A DNA stretch of 64,000 bases from Candidatus Latescibacterota bacterium (GCA_965116875.1 OZ220733.1:5344001-5408000), one strand, 5' to 3'; positions 30,322-40,193 are shown, numbered from the stretch's first letter. The notes: generated from the letters alone by a model not told the origin. A program made the numbers and translations.

Positions 30322-30690
30322 CTAGCCGTTTTTGTCCTGCGCAATACACAGGCTGTTTCCGTCGGGGTCCTCGAAGCTGAACTCGATATTTCCCCAACTC
30401 TGGTCCCAGAGTTTTCCAACCGCGATACCGGCTTGCCCATACTCCGCGTAGACGGCCGCCGCGTCTTCGACGTAGATCTGAACAGTCCGCGCCCCGGGTG
30501 GACCGTCGCCGGGAAATGAAGAAATGACGACGTGGGCCCCATCCCGGACGACGCCCATGTAGCAGGGGTCGAGTTTTTCCGGATGGGGTCGCCAGGCGTA
30601 CACCCGGCGGAACCCGAGCTTTCGGCAGTAGAACTCCTCGGCGACCTCCGAACTCGAAACGCCCAGAATGGGTACCGCTTCTTTAAACAC
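30322..30690 (-). CDS. VOC/bleomycin resistance family protein
   Basis: EFYCRKLGF...QSWGNIEFSFEDPDGNSL. Confidence 0.88.
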   Translation of the reverse strand: MFKEAVPILGVSSSEVAEEFYCRKLGFRRVYAWRPHPEKLDPCYMGVVRDGAHVVISSFPGDGPPGARTVQIYVEDAAAVYAEYGQAGIAVGKLWDQSWGNIEFSFEDPDGNSLCIAQDKNG

Positions 30691-30748
30691 GATATACTCT
30701 CCATCTTTTGAAGCCTGTGTTCAGTCTTCGATATTTCTCCAGTCCAGA

Positions 30749-31243
30749 TCAATCCAACTCGCCAACGTCCAGTGACCGGACCGTCACGGTCGACCCCCAG
30801 CCCGGTCCGATGCACACCGGACCCATCAGACCCCGATAGTCGATCCGGTGAGACTCATCTCCGCTTTCACCCTCATTGCTAAACCTGAGTTCATCGTCGA
30901 CCAACACACGCATAAAATCCCGTTCGATTACCCACGACACCCTTACCCAGGAGTCCTGGGGAATCCGTCCCTGTCCTCTGACATGGAACGGATGCCCGTA
31001 CACCGGCTCATAACAGGCCATCTGATCCGGCACGGCTTCCCAGTTCAATATAACGTGCCCCTTGGCGTAATGGAGACGCAGATTTGTCGAATCCGTCTTC
31101 GCCACCGCTTTGATCGTCAGCGGTACCTCGTATACCTCGGGGGTGCGGACGTAGCCGTATCCGGATAGAACAAGATGTTCACTGTCGCATTTTGCAACAC
31201 ATTGGCTGACTGGCAGCATATCAGCGAGTGGAATCTCTTTCAT
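30749..31243 (-). CDS. Hypothetical protein (beta-rich single domain)
   Basis: Clean ORF with AGGAG RBS; AKTDSTNLRLHY..GHVILNWE. Confidence 0.65.
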   Translation of the reverse strand: MKEIPLADMLPVSQCVAKCDSEHLVLSGYGYVRTPEVYEVPLTIKAVAKTDSTNLRLHYAKGHVILNWEAVPDQMACYEPVYGHPFHVRGQGRIPQDSWVRVSWVIERDFMRVLVDDELRFSNEGESGDESHRIDYRGLMGPVCIGPGWGSTVTVRSLDVGELD

Positions 31244-31405
31244 CGTCTTCTCCTCTCATTTCAAACCAACTTCCAGGGCACGACCCGGATTTCATCAAGT
31301 CAATCCACAATGGCAGGGATCATCAGGTTTTATTGCGCCAGCACGCAGGACCGGCAGAAGAATTCCCGAACGTCTGGGTACGTTTCGCACGTGACTCTAC
31401 TGTCT

Positions 31406-31792
31406 TCAATCCGTTTCGAATACATGCTCGGTCAACCATTCGACCAGACTCTCTCTTGAAACCTGGCCGGAAGCAACACCTATAATAAGGGTCTCTTGTT
31501 CATCCACGCTGGCCCTGATTTCATGCCCATTCAGAATCAGGAATACTTCCATCGCCGCATGGCCCAATCTCTTGTTCCCATCGACAAAGGGATGGTTTTG
31601 CACCAGGGAAAAGCATAGCGCGCCGGCTTTCTCGATCAGCGAAGGATATAGATCCCGCCCCCCAAAAGAAATACGGGGCTGCGCAACGGCCGACTCTAAT
31701 CTGCCTGTATCGCGCAACCCCGGTGAACCGCCACTTTGATCAACGACACGTCTGTGAAGTTCAATCACCTCTGCCAGAGAGAGATACCTCAT
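31406..31792 (-). CDS. doc: Death-on-curing (Doc/Fic) toxin
   Basis: [11 protein letters not shown] Fic motif; [11 protein letters not shown]. Confidence 0.92.
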   Translation of the reverse strand: MRYLSLAEVIELHRRVVDQSGGSPGLRDTGRLESAVAQPRISFGGRDLYPSLIEKAGALCFSLVQNHPFVDGNKRLGHAAMEVFLILNGHEIRASVDEQETLIIGVASGQVSRESLVEWLTEHVFETD

Positions 31793-31986
31793 TAACTCAG
31801 CCTTCTATAGAGTTCCTCATTCTTGCTTAAGACACGCTGTGCTGCGGCTTCGAAATCTTCTTGAAGCTTATCAAGCAAATCCTCCAACGCAGCTCTTGCA
31901 AGCTCCTCCGGACGTATTCCAAGTCGTCTGGCGGTTAAATCCAACTTTTCGTTTTGTGAATCTGTGAGTTCCAGAAAAAGCTTCAT
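31792..31986 (-). CDS. Putative antitoxin for Doc
   Basis: 64 aa, 1-nt overlap with doc; C-terminal [13 protein letters not shown] typical of Doc partners. Confidence 0.8.
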   Translation of the reverse strand: MKLFLELTDSQNEKLDLTARRLGIRPEELARAALEDLLDKLQEDFEAAAQRVLSKNEELYRRLS

Positions 31987-32129
31987 TTCAGTTCCTCCGT
32001 GCGTTGTCGATTATACCACATAATCGCAAATTACAGACCAGGGTTCAAGATCGATTTTGCCCAGGGGATTGTCTGTAAATACCGCTTTTAGCGAGTGTTG
32101 CCAGTTTCGAACTGAAGCATTGCCCCGAG

Positions 32130-32219
32130 ATCGCGGTCGCTGATCCTGTCGAAGTTTGCCGAGTGGTACCTGTCAGGTCAGGGTTCCCTACTGCAAGCTC
32201 AGGGCAAGTTCCGCGATCC
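32130..32219. repeat. Degenerate family A hairpins inside a short inverted repeat
   Basis: gatcgcgg..ctgatcctgtcgaag..caagctcagggcaag..ccgcgatc. Confidence 0.5.
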
Positions 32220-32265
32220 ATCGAGAGTTGAGGCTCTTGGGGATATACGGATCTGGAACATCAAT

Positions 32266-32300
32266 AATAAAAGAAACGGGGCGGTCATCACCCCGTCTTG
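32266..32300 (-). terminator. Intrinsic terminator downstream of hicA
   Basis: Minus strand AGACGGGGTG ATGAC CGCCCCGTTT CTTTT. Confidence 0.7.
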
Positions 32301-32352
32301 TGTTTCAACGTCCGATGGACATAGGAATCTGGCCAAAGACAGCAAAAAAACG

Positions 32353-32577
32353 TCACAACAAGGCGTTGAATTCATCCACGCTCAATCCTGCCTCACGAAT
32401 GATCGCTCGAAGCGTTCCTTTGGCTACGTTTCTATGATTGGGGACTACGATTCGGCGGTAAGGTTTTCGATTCAGTCGCAACACAATGTGGCTACTGCGT
32501 TGACGATCGTATTCATAGCCGATCTTTGCCAATGCACCGACAACATTGCGACCGGAGACAACCGGGAGCGGACTCAA
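32353..32577 (-). CDS. hicA: HicA family toxin (mRNase)
   Basis: LPVVSG...RQRSSHIVL...VVPNH..VAKGTLRAIIREAGLS; TTG start. Confidence 0.9.
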   Translation of the reverse strand: MSPLPVVSGRNVVGALAKIGYEYDRQRSSHIVLRLNRKPYRRIVVPNHRNVAKGTLRAIIREAGLSVDEFNALL

Positions 32578-32582
32578 ATCTT

Positions 32583-32776
32583 AACCTTGATACGTACGTC
32601 TTTGGTGACGCTTATTCGAATATGTGCAAGTTGATAAAAGCGATTAAACTGCGGATTGCCAGGATAAACCAGGTCACTGGACATGAAGGGAAAAAACGTC
32701 CTTCTATGCGTCGATAACGCCCCGTCCGGAGGGTTTTATCGCGTCACCGCGTTGCTGTTTTTTTCGGATTGAGGTT
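32583..32776. mobile_element. MITE-like element, family C copy 2, inserted in the hicB 3' end
   Basis: Ends aaccttgat...attgaggtt; shared blocks tcgaatat, aggtcactgga, cgttg..tttttt.ggatt; removal restores the hicB/hicA overlap. Confidence 0.75.
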
Positions 32777-32989
32777 GATCTCAACGATTTCTTCCGTAAT
32801 CGCGGGTGGAATCGGGTCCCCGTGGGCTTCCAGACTCTCGATGTAAAGCTCCATTGCCGCCTGCACATTGGCCAGGGCTTCGTTTCGAGTAGGACCCTGC
32901 GAAACGCAACCCGGCAAGGCCGGAACCTCTGCGACGAAAATACCGTCTTCATCCTGCTCAATGAGTACCCTGAATTTGAAATTGCTCAT
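32744..32989 (-). CDS. hicB: HicB family antitoxin (C-terminus altered by insertion)
   Basis: VLIEQDEDGIFVAEVPALPGCVSQGPTRNEALANVQAAMELYIE. Confidence 0.9.
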   Translation of the reverse strand: MSNFKFRVLIEQDEDGIFVAEVPALPGCVSQGPTRNEALANVQAAMELYIESLEAHGDPIPPAITEEIVEINLNPKKTATR

Positions 32990-33270
32990 TTCGGTGGCCT
33001 CAGTGATCGTTTCTTCGTTCCATTCATACACTTCAACTCAAGAAAGATAGCCATTATTCAAAATCGTTGCAATCAGAATTGGGGTTCTTGATGACTTGCC
33101 GCCAGAAGATCTGAAAAGCCATTTCTCAGCGATAGGAGCGAGTTCCTTACGCCACGACTGGCTGGTCTGATTGCGTCCCATCTGCCTCAGGTGTCTTGGC
33201 TATTTGGCACCAAGAGTCGAAATCAGCGACAAGCCCCGGCCCGATCATCGCGTTTCGCCAGCGGGGTTCC

Positions 33271-33654
33271 TTATAGCGGTTGCCCTATGTCTATTCGATT
33301 GCCATCGGGATCCGCGATGACGAAGTCCCGCAGACCATATTGCTGATCGCGCAGACCCTTGACAATCCGTACTCCCGAGTTGCTGAGGTGATTGTAAAGC
33401 GCGTTCGCATCACTCACCTTCAGGTGCGCGACATTGTGTATCTGTGGTTTCTTGTCGCGACACAATGACAGATGCAACTCGGCCCGGTCGTTCTTCATGA
33501 TCACAAACCCGATCGGATTCCCGTTCTCGAACGTCTTGTGCATTCCCAACATCGACGTGTAGAATGAAACGGACTCTTCGATATTGCTGACTGCGATACA
33601 GGGGGCCATGCGGCCCAGTTCAACGGAATTCGGGAAATTCGATGAATCGCCCAT
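33271..33654 (-). CDS. VOC/glyoxalase family protein
   Basis: VSFYTSMLG...YGLRDFVIADPDGNRIDIG; AAGGAGG RBS. Confidence 0.9.
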   Translation of the reverse strand: MGDSSNFPNSVELGRMAPCIAVSNIEESVSFYTSMLGMHKTFENGNPIGFVIMKNDRAELHLSLCRDKKPQIHNVAHLKVSDANALYNHLSNSGVRIVKGLRDQQYGLRDFVIADPDGNRIDIGQPL

Positions 33655-33885
33655 GAGCGCTACCTCCTTCGTTGGCCAAACGATCCGGAACTGAGGCAGT
33701 GCTCAATGCAGGACAGTGGCCGGTTTCTTGGAAATCCGAGGCGGTGCTCGGTGCGATGATCGGGCCGGGTGTTACTTTTGCAGATGGTGAAACGCCTGCT
33801 CGCTGTTCCAGGTTGCGTTAAACCTTGACTATGCATTTCGTTCGGTTGGCTCCGATTACGCGTACGGATTTTGAAGAATCCGTGC

Positions 33886-33910
33886 GAACCTTCCTGCGTT
33901 CTACTACGTC
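33886..33910 (+). promoter_or_regulatory. Putative ECF-type (autoregulatory) promoter
   Basis: GAACC-16 nt-CGTC just upstream of the AGGAGG RBS of the ECF sigma gene. Confidence 0.6.
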
Positions 33911-34315
33911 ATGAAGTCAGGAGGGAATAGACCGAATGCATCCACAACCGCCCATAAAACTGGTCAGGCAATCCTTACATGGAAACCCCGAGGCGTTTGT
34001 TTCCGTTATCCGGCACTTCGAAGATAGACTGGCGGCCCTCATCAGATACTTCGTTGACGATGAAGACGATGCGGCAGACGTGCTTCAGGATACGCTCGTA
34101 CAGGCGTGGGCTACGCAACACCAACTTCGGGATCCGTCCAGGTTCGGTCCGTGGCTCTTCCAGATCGCGAGAAACCGCTCCCGTGACTTCCTTAGACGAA
34201 AGCACAGAAGAGAACTGCCGACTTCGCAATATGAGCTGGAGCGGATCCTGAATAAGACACGGACGCCGCTCCACAATCATACTGAATCGGTTTGGCGGAT
34301 CAGGCACGCACTAGA

Positions 34316-36179
34316 CCTTAAATAAGCGAGTATTGTTGTTTGTTGAGCCGAAGGGCGCATTTTGGTGCGTTTGGGTTGATGAGAGCAATGGTGCCTGGCA
34401 AATGGTGATGGCGTGAGGTCGTACAGAGGTCTGTCGAGGTGAGTTTGCTGTGTAAAGCGACCGGTTGTGTGTGATTTGGGCGTAAGGGTCCGTTGCGTGA
34501 TGATGGACGCGAACGCTGTGGTGATCTGCGGTCATCCTTCGAGTTGGTGTCAGGTGAAGCCGGTGCGTTCGATGGTGGCCCAGGCGCTTAGGAGTCTGCT
34601 CAGGGACGGCTGATAGCCGATGATGCGCACGGTGGTGCTTCGCGCGTTTCTCACCACACGACAGGGAAACAGGATGATGTGGTTGAGGAAGGTGCGAAAG
34701 TCCATCCGGATATAGTGCCGGCGGTGTTTGATGCGATGCATCATCATGGCAAACCACGACTTGATGTTCCAGGCCAGTGCGGCGATGACCATGTAAGCCC
34801 AGTTACTGATCAGGTCATACATGGGCACGCGCAGGGCGTTGACACCGTTTTTGAGTTGTTCGATGACGTTTTCCTGGTCGCAACGTTTGTTGGCCGCAAA
34901 GACGACTTCGGCAGGTGTGAGGTCGTGGCGCGTGGTGATGTAGAAGAAATACCGGATATTGTCGAAGAGGGTCTGCTCGCCTTTCGTCTTGGAGATGTTT
35001 TTTCTCACGGCCACGACGCGGTAGGTCCGTTCGCACTTGCCGGGCTGATAGTCAAACTGTGCCACGTCTTCGAACTTGAGCGCCAGGGTGAGGTAGCCCC
35101 GCGCCTTGACGATGCGCTGCTTCTCATTGTCCCGTCGGTGCCTTTTCTGTGGCGCGACAGGCCGGTGCAGGCGATGCCAGGCCGCTTCGTCAAGCGCCTC
35201 GGCCCGTGTTCGCAAGGCCTCGTTGGCGTCCATGCCGAAGATGAAATCGACGTTTTTGGCCCAGCGATCGAAGTGACCGGTGAGCGAAAAATCCGTGTCG
35301 CCGCGCAGGCATACGCGCCCTGCGTGGGGCTTCACCAAGGAGATGGCCGCATCGATCCAGGATGCGGCGCCCTGGTGAGAAGACGCGTTGCCCGGACGGT
35401 TGACCACATACAGCACCTCTTTGGTATTGGCCAACGACACGATCAAAGGCGCATATCCCCACACGCCCTTGTAGGAAATGTCCATACCGGCTTTCTTCTG
35501 CCCATACGTTGGCGCACTGGTGCCATCCACGTCGATGTATGCCACCCCTGCCAGGTCTCGGGTAGCGCGTGTGCGCCACAACTTGGCGCGTACCGCGTTA
35601 ATGCAATCCATCAGCTCGATCACGTCGGCCTCGGTGAAGCGACGTGTGAAGTCACCCGTGGTCGTCGGATCCGGGATCAGATCCGCGTTCAAGGCATTCA
35701 TGTAGGCCACGTCATGTCGCAAACGCTCGATATCTTCCAGACGCGTGCCGCCGCACATGATGTTGTAGGAAAGGTTCAACACATGATCCGACTCGTGATA
35801 CGGCAGATGCACCTTCAACAACTGCAACCTCGCGTCGATTTCCTTGACCAAGCCCAACTTCGTCACCAGGCGATGCACCGCCGTGATGCCACCGTAGCTC
35901 ATCGCGTGCCCATCTGCGCTGACCTCGTAATGTACACGCGTGCTGCCAAACATCGGCTTGCCTTGCGCACAAAAGCGACTCGCGCGCTTCTGCCGTACAT
36001 GTACCTTGCGCCCACATTTTGTACTGTTCCTGCGGCTTTCTCTTACCGATATTCTTTTCACCGGAAAGGCCCCCTTCGTTGGAGTAGCAATTTCCCGTCC
36101 GAGACTGCTAACTTCAACAAAGATAAGTCTTTCCGGTACTTTTATACATTTAAATCTGAAATAACTCGCTTAATTAGAG
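34316..36179 (-). mobile_element. IS1380-family insertion sequence
   Basis: Imperfect 16-bp IRs CCTTAAATAAGCGAGT / CTCTAATTAAGCGAGT; flanking direct repeat ACTAGA (core CTAG; exact TSD 4-6 bp). Confidence 0.9.
34550..36061 (-). CDS. IS1380 family DDE transposase
   Basis: IPDPTT, YIDVDGT, GYAPL, LRGDTDF, RCDQENVIEQLK. Confidence 0.92.
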   Translation of the reverse strand: MKRISVRESRRNSTKCGRKVHVRQKRASRFCAQGKPMFGSTRVHYEVSADGHAMSYGGITAVHRLVTKLGLVKEIDARLQLLKVHLPYHESDHVLNLSYNIMCGGTRLEDIERLRHDVAYMNALNADLIPDPTTTGDFTRRFTEADVIELMDCINAVRAKLWRTRATRDLAGVAYIDVDGTSAPTYGQKKAGMDISYKGVWGYAPLIVSLANTKEVLYVVNRPGNASSHQGAASWIDAAISLVKPHAGRVCLRGDTDFSLTGHFDRWAKNVDFIFGMDANEALRTRAEALDEAAWHRLHRPVAPQKRHRRDNEKQRIVKARGYLTLALKFEDVAQFDYQPGKCERTYRVVAVRKNISKTKGEQTLFDNIRYFFYITTRHDLTPAEVVFAANKRCDQENVIEQLKNGVNALRVPMYDLISNWAYMVIAALAWNIKSWFAMMMHRIKHRRHYIRMDFRTFLNHIILFPCRVVRNARSTTVRIIGYQPSLSRLLSAWATIERTGFT

Positions 36180-37183
36180 ACTAGAGAAGATACCAGATTA
36201 CGAAGCTGACGCCATCAAAGACTTCTACTTGAAAGGACTCAAGATTTCAGAAATCGCAACCCGTACCGGACGCCCCGACGGCACTATCAAACGCAGGCTT
36301 TCAACCGGACGCAGTCGAATACGGGATGTACTGGGCGTCTCAGCACAGAGATGGAGGTCAAAAATAAAGGCATCCGGCACTCAGGAGATCACGCATCGAT
36401 TTCCTGAAAAACGGCCCACGATTCAAATCAAGAGATCCGAACGTCCGCCGTTTTCTGTTGACTGCCAGGAGCTTAGATGGTGGTTCGCCGTACCAAGAGG
36501 TGACGAGTCGGTGCTCGCAGCTACATACAATCCAATTCCGTGGACATTGACGTCGGTGATGAGAATGGAGGCAACCGGTATCGCCGAGGTCCATGGAGTC
36601 AAAGGGATCGAAATCGAGGTCACCGAATTCGAAACGCAGACGTCCCTGACAAGCAGGGTCTGCACAATCGTCGGACGCCTGACCGAAGAGAAGGCTCAGT
36701 ACCTGGCTGTCTTTCAGCGGAACGGAAAGTTCAGTGTCGAAACGTTCCTGAGTGAGGCCTTCTGGCGGGATTCCAAGCGAAGGCTTGAACCTCAGGGGTC
36801 TATCGACGAGGTGGCGCCCCGGGAATTTGCCAGAACCGATGAATCCTGTGATGAGTCCGGGGCCGGGAATCACGAAGTCCGAATTGACGGTCGTTTGTTC
36901 ACGTGTTTACGGGTTCTCGAGCTTGAGGGAGTTCCCGAAGAGCCTGATTCCGTCTTCACGGAGAGCTTCCTGACATCCGAAGGCCGTACCCTACTCAGGA
37001 GACACTTCTGCCACCCTGAATGCGAAGACGTCTCCGTGGATCAATCCGTTGATGTCGAAGTGGACGGCGCCAGATTCGTACACTGGTACGATAATCTCAC
37101 GGAAATTGCACTTCGGTTGCCTTGATTCGGGCTTGTTCACGATGTCTTTCTGCCGCGGTCGGCACACCAGTCGCCTCTGACTT

Positions 37184-37732
37184 CTATGTGTTTCGGGTCC
37201 GTTTCATTTCATACGCGAATTGGTACAGTTCCCCGAAGTCCGCAGACTCGGGACCGAACAGTTCCGCCGCTCTTCTGTAGTGTATGGTCCGAACGTCCAC
37301 GATCCTGCTATCCTGGTCCGGATCGAATCTCTCGGATGTGTTCTGAACCACGTCCGCACATGAGACGACCCGAACGTGTTCCGGGTGCGGAAGGTGGGAC
37401 AGCCTGGCTTTGTCACTCCGAGAGACGCTGTAGTACATGCCTATGGGATGCAGGTCTCCGAGGATACGACCCGTCTCCTCCATCAGCTCTCGGCGCCCGG
37501 CCTCCTCCCATGTCTCGCCCGGTTCGAGCGTGCCTCCCGGCAGGACCCATTTCCCGTTAGCCCGTCTGGTGACGAGGCATTGACTGTTGGAGACGAAGGG
37601 AATGACGTACGAAGAGCCGCAGATCGTCGAGGCCAGTCCCTCTTCGAATCTGCGGAAGACGGCATCGGGGCGTGGCAGTCTCTGCTCACCACTCAGGATG
37701 GGGTATTTCAATATAAGCTTGTCGAATCCCAT
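37184..37732 (-). CDS. NUDIX hydrolase
   Basis: Nudix box GGTLEPGETWEEAGRRELMEETG. Confidence 0.9.
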   Translation of the reverse strand: MGFDKLILKYPILSGEQRLPRPDAVFRRFEEGLASTICGSSYVIPFVSNSQCLVTRRANGKWVLPGGTLEPGETWEEAGRRELMEETGRILGDLHPIGMYYSVSRSDKARLSHLPHPEHVRVVSCADVVQNTSERFDPDQDSRIVDVRTIHYRRAAELFGPESADFGELYQFAYEMKRTRNT

Positions 37733-37810
37733 CTTCAGGCCGCGTCAGGTTGTCCATCACCGCGCTGTCCACCTTCAGCATAAGTTAGAATGAACTGCAC
37801 TGCGTCCGTT

Positions 37811-38491
37811 TCAGATCTCGCCCCAACTCTTGAGCAGGTCCGGATCGGCGCCGCCCTGTGCCAGTATGGGGATCAGGTGCGCGTGTTTCATCCTGACGGC
37901 CGCATCGCACAAGAGCCGAGTGTACGGCTTCACGAGCGCGCCCTCGCTGATCAGCCATCGTGCGAGTTGCTCGTGGCCTCCCGTTACCGCAAAGTGCAGC
38001 GGTGTCACACGCCAGACGGAGTCTTCGTCCTGTTCCCTGGTTAATAGACGCGAATCCGCCTGCAGGCACTGCTTTACGCGGTCCACGTCCCCCAGGTAAC
38101 ACGCCGAATAGATGTCCATGACGGAACCCGCTTTTTCTAGCATCCTGGCGATTTCCAGCCTGCGATAGCGCCGCGCGATACAATAGGGCTTCAGGAGTAC
38201 CGGAATCTCCGCGCGAGTCCGACCGGGGACGTTGGGATCGGCTCCCGCTTTCAACAAAAACCGCACGACATTCATCCGGTTGCCGCGCGTCGCTTCCCAC
38301 AGAAACGTCCGGTTGTGCCCGCCGCTCTTCGCCAGCAGTAGCGACGGGTCCCGCTTGAAATGCCGCTTTACAGCGTTCAGATCTCCCCGCCGGACTTCCT
38401 TGAGTATCTTGTCGATACCGAAGCGGCCGCTATGTCCTGAACGCGGCTTGGTTTCATTTCCCCATCCGTGGTCGTCGGCCTTCGTACCCAT
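37811..38491 (-). CDS. Ankyrin repeat protein
   Basis: TFLWEATRGNRMNVVRFLLKAGADPN; TPLHFAVTGGHEQLARWLISEGA. Confidence 0.85.
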   Translation of the reverse strand: MGTKADDHGWGNETKPRSGHSGRFGIDKILKEVRRGDLNAVKRHFKRDPSLLLAKSGGHNRTFLWEATRGNRMNVVRFLLKAGADPNVPGRTRAEIPVLLKPYCIARRYRRLEIARMLEKAGSVMDIYSACYLGDVDRVKQCLQADSRLLTREQDEDSVWRVTPLHFAVTGGHEQLARWLISEGALVKPYTRLLCDAAVRMKHAHLIPILAQGGADPDLLKSWGEI

Positions 38492-38600
38492 CGTCTGTGT
38501 TCCTGCTGGCGCGGACAGTGAGGTCTGCTGATGTCCTCACCGGTTTGCTGACTGCGACTCCGGTCGCCGAGTCATGTCTGGGCTTATCAAACGGAAGCCC

Positions 38601-38821
38601 AACCTTGATTCGCGATTATTCTGGGACCTGAATGTCGAATATATACAGTAGAACAAAGGCGAATTGATGTCAAAGATCCCAGACACTTGAGGTCACTGGA
38701 CGTGAACGGAAATTTCATCCATTTGTACGACCTCGATGCCCCGCTCTTACGCCGATTCCTTCTGTGCCTTTTGTGCCTTTTGTGGTAAGTCTTGCCGTTG
38801 CCTTTTTTCTGGATTAAGGCT
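38601..38821. mobile_element. MITE-like element, family C copy 3
   Basis: Ends aaccttgat...attaaggct; long identical blocks with 18030-18239 (acctgaatgtcgaatatatacag, cacttgaggtcactgga); internal tgtgccttt repeats. Confidence 0.8.
38645..38673 (-). promoter_or_regulatory. Putative sigma70 promoter carried by the family C element
   Basis: Minus strand TTGACA-17 nt-TACTGT pointing at the ankyrin gene. Confidence 0.5.
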
Positions 38822-38833
38822 AATGGTTTCCCA

Positions 38834-39778
38834 CTACCGTAGCGGTTTCACCAGGCCATAATCCACCAGTTGTCGCACCCTGTACCCAGCGCCGAAATAG
38901 ATCTCCTGGGCCGGATTGTTCAGTCCGGTATGGAGCGTATTGCGTACCACACCGCGTTTCTTGAACTCCGCACACATCAGATTGAACAGCACTGTTCCGA
39001 TCTTGCCACGCCGGTAGTCGGGATGCGTCCCGATCCCCGTAAAACTACTCCTTCCATCCGTTCCAACGCGGACGGGACCGGCAAAACCAACCACCGCCGG
39101 CCCATCCGTCGCGATCAGCACGGGATAGGGCGGATCGCCGTCCAGACAGGACTCTACAGAAGCCTCCCAGCCACCCGGGAACAGTGCCTCCATAAACTCA
39201 CACAGCGCCTCCCGATGTTCTGCCTCGCAAAACCCGAACAGGATGCCACGAGATCGGTTGTCTTCGATGTAGCTTTTAATCTCATCCTGAAGCTCAAACT
39301 CCGCGAACGTTGTTTCCATAAACAGACTCACCGACCCGCGGTTGCGGAATCCCTGATTCAGGAAAAACGTATAGGCCGGCGTCTTCATATCGACGCCTGT
39401 CGCGAATGTGATCGGATTGCCCTTGTATCCGATACGCATCTCCATCTTGCCGCAACCAGATAGAAATCTCTCCGCGGCATTCGCGAGCCTGCCCCCAACC
39501 CCGATTCGCCGATAATCCGAATCCACCACCAACACGCTGAGGTAGCCCGTCTCTCCGGGACCGGGCGCGACGGCCAGCACGAACCCCACAACCCTGCCTT
39601 CCACCTTCGCTGTAATCGCCCCCTCCGGCTCAAAGTCCGGATGCGCCAGGACCCGTTGACGAAATCCGGCTTCATCGATCCGGAATTCGTATTTCCGGTC
39701 CGCGAACACCCTCTGCCAGAGGTCCATCACCTGCGCCAGGTCTTCGTCTCTCCAGGATGCAATTGATAAGGCGCTCAT
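38834..39778 (-). CDS. Tandem-domain GNAT acetyltransferase
   Basis: Two acetyl-CoA motifs: VDSDYRRIGVG and THPDYRRGKIG; start ATG 39778. Confidence 0.88.
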   Translation of the reverse strand: MSALSIASWRDEDLAQVMDLWQRVFADRKYEFRIDEAGFRQRVLAHPDFEPEGAITAKVEGRVVGFVLAVAPGPGETGYLSVLVVDSDYRRIGVGGRLANAAERFLSGCGKMEMRIGYKGNPITFATGVDMKTPAYTFFLNQGFRNRGSVSLFMETTFAEFELQDEIKSYIEDNRSRGILFGFCEAEHREALCEFMEALFPGGWEASVESCLDGDPPYPVLIATDGPAVVGFAGPVRVGTDGRSSFTGIGTHPDYRRGKIGTVLFNLMCAEFKKRGVVRNTLHTGLNNPAQEIYFGAGYRVRQLVDYGLVKPLR

Positions 39779-39797
39779 TTCCAATCCACCAATCCGT

Positions 39798-40193
39798 TTA
39801 ACTTCCTGGGAGGTAAGCGACAGCTTCGATCTCGACCAGGTAATCGGGGTGCGCGAGGCCGCTGACGAACAATAGCGTATTCGGCGGGAACGCGTCCGTG
39901 AAGAAGCGGTTTCGGACACGGCGAAAGGCATCCAGATGACCGCGATCGGTCAGATAGGTGGTCAGCTTGACGATGTCTTCAAGACTCCCGCCGAGTTCCT
40001 CCAGGATGGCCTCAAGATTCGCGTAGACCTGGTGAGTCTGCGCCTCGACGTCGCCCTTCCCTACCAGGTTGCCGCCCGGGTTCAGGGCGATCTGACCGGC
40101 GATGAACACGGTGTCGCCCGCCTTCGCTACGTGCGAGTACCCCACCCCCGCCGTCGAGTGTACGCTTGCCGGATGTATGATCTCGCGGGCCAT
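39798..40193 (-). CDS. RidA (YjgF/YER057c/UK114) family protein
   Basis: YSHV, FIAGQI, DIVKLTTYL, LVEIEAVA. Confidence 0.92.
   Translation of the reverse strand: MAREIIHPASVHSTAGVGYSHVAKAGDTVFIAGQIALNPGGNLVGKGDVEAQTHQVYANLEAILEELGGSLEDIVKLTTYLTDRGHLDAFRRVRNRFFTDAFPPNTLLFVSGLAHPDYLVEIEAVAYLPGS

Larger units (their letters stand above)
33936..37125 (+). pseudogene. ECF RNA polymerase sigma factor with ~250-aa C-terminal extension, interrupted by IS1380
   Basis: Region 2 (DAADVLQDT...FGPWLFQIARN) before the IS; region 4 (GLKISEIA...GTIKRRL) after; removing the IS restores an in-frame 439-aa ORF (...RHALEKIPDYEADA...). Confidence 0.9.

Noticed and set aside
34679-36184. 501-aa plus-strand ORF inside IS1380
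   Set aside because: Antisense shadow of the transposase, common in GC-rich DNA
36229-37125. Independent 298-aa gene (and likewise 47525-48022 and 51479-51817)
   Set aside because: These are fragments of the IS-interrupted sigma and map genes
38633-38650. LexA box in the family C element (CTGTATATATTCGACA)
   Set aside because: Only the CTGT half-site is present; it lacks the ACAG half
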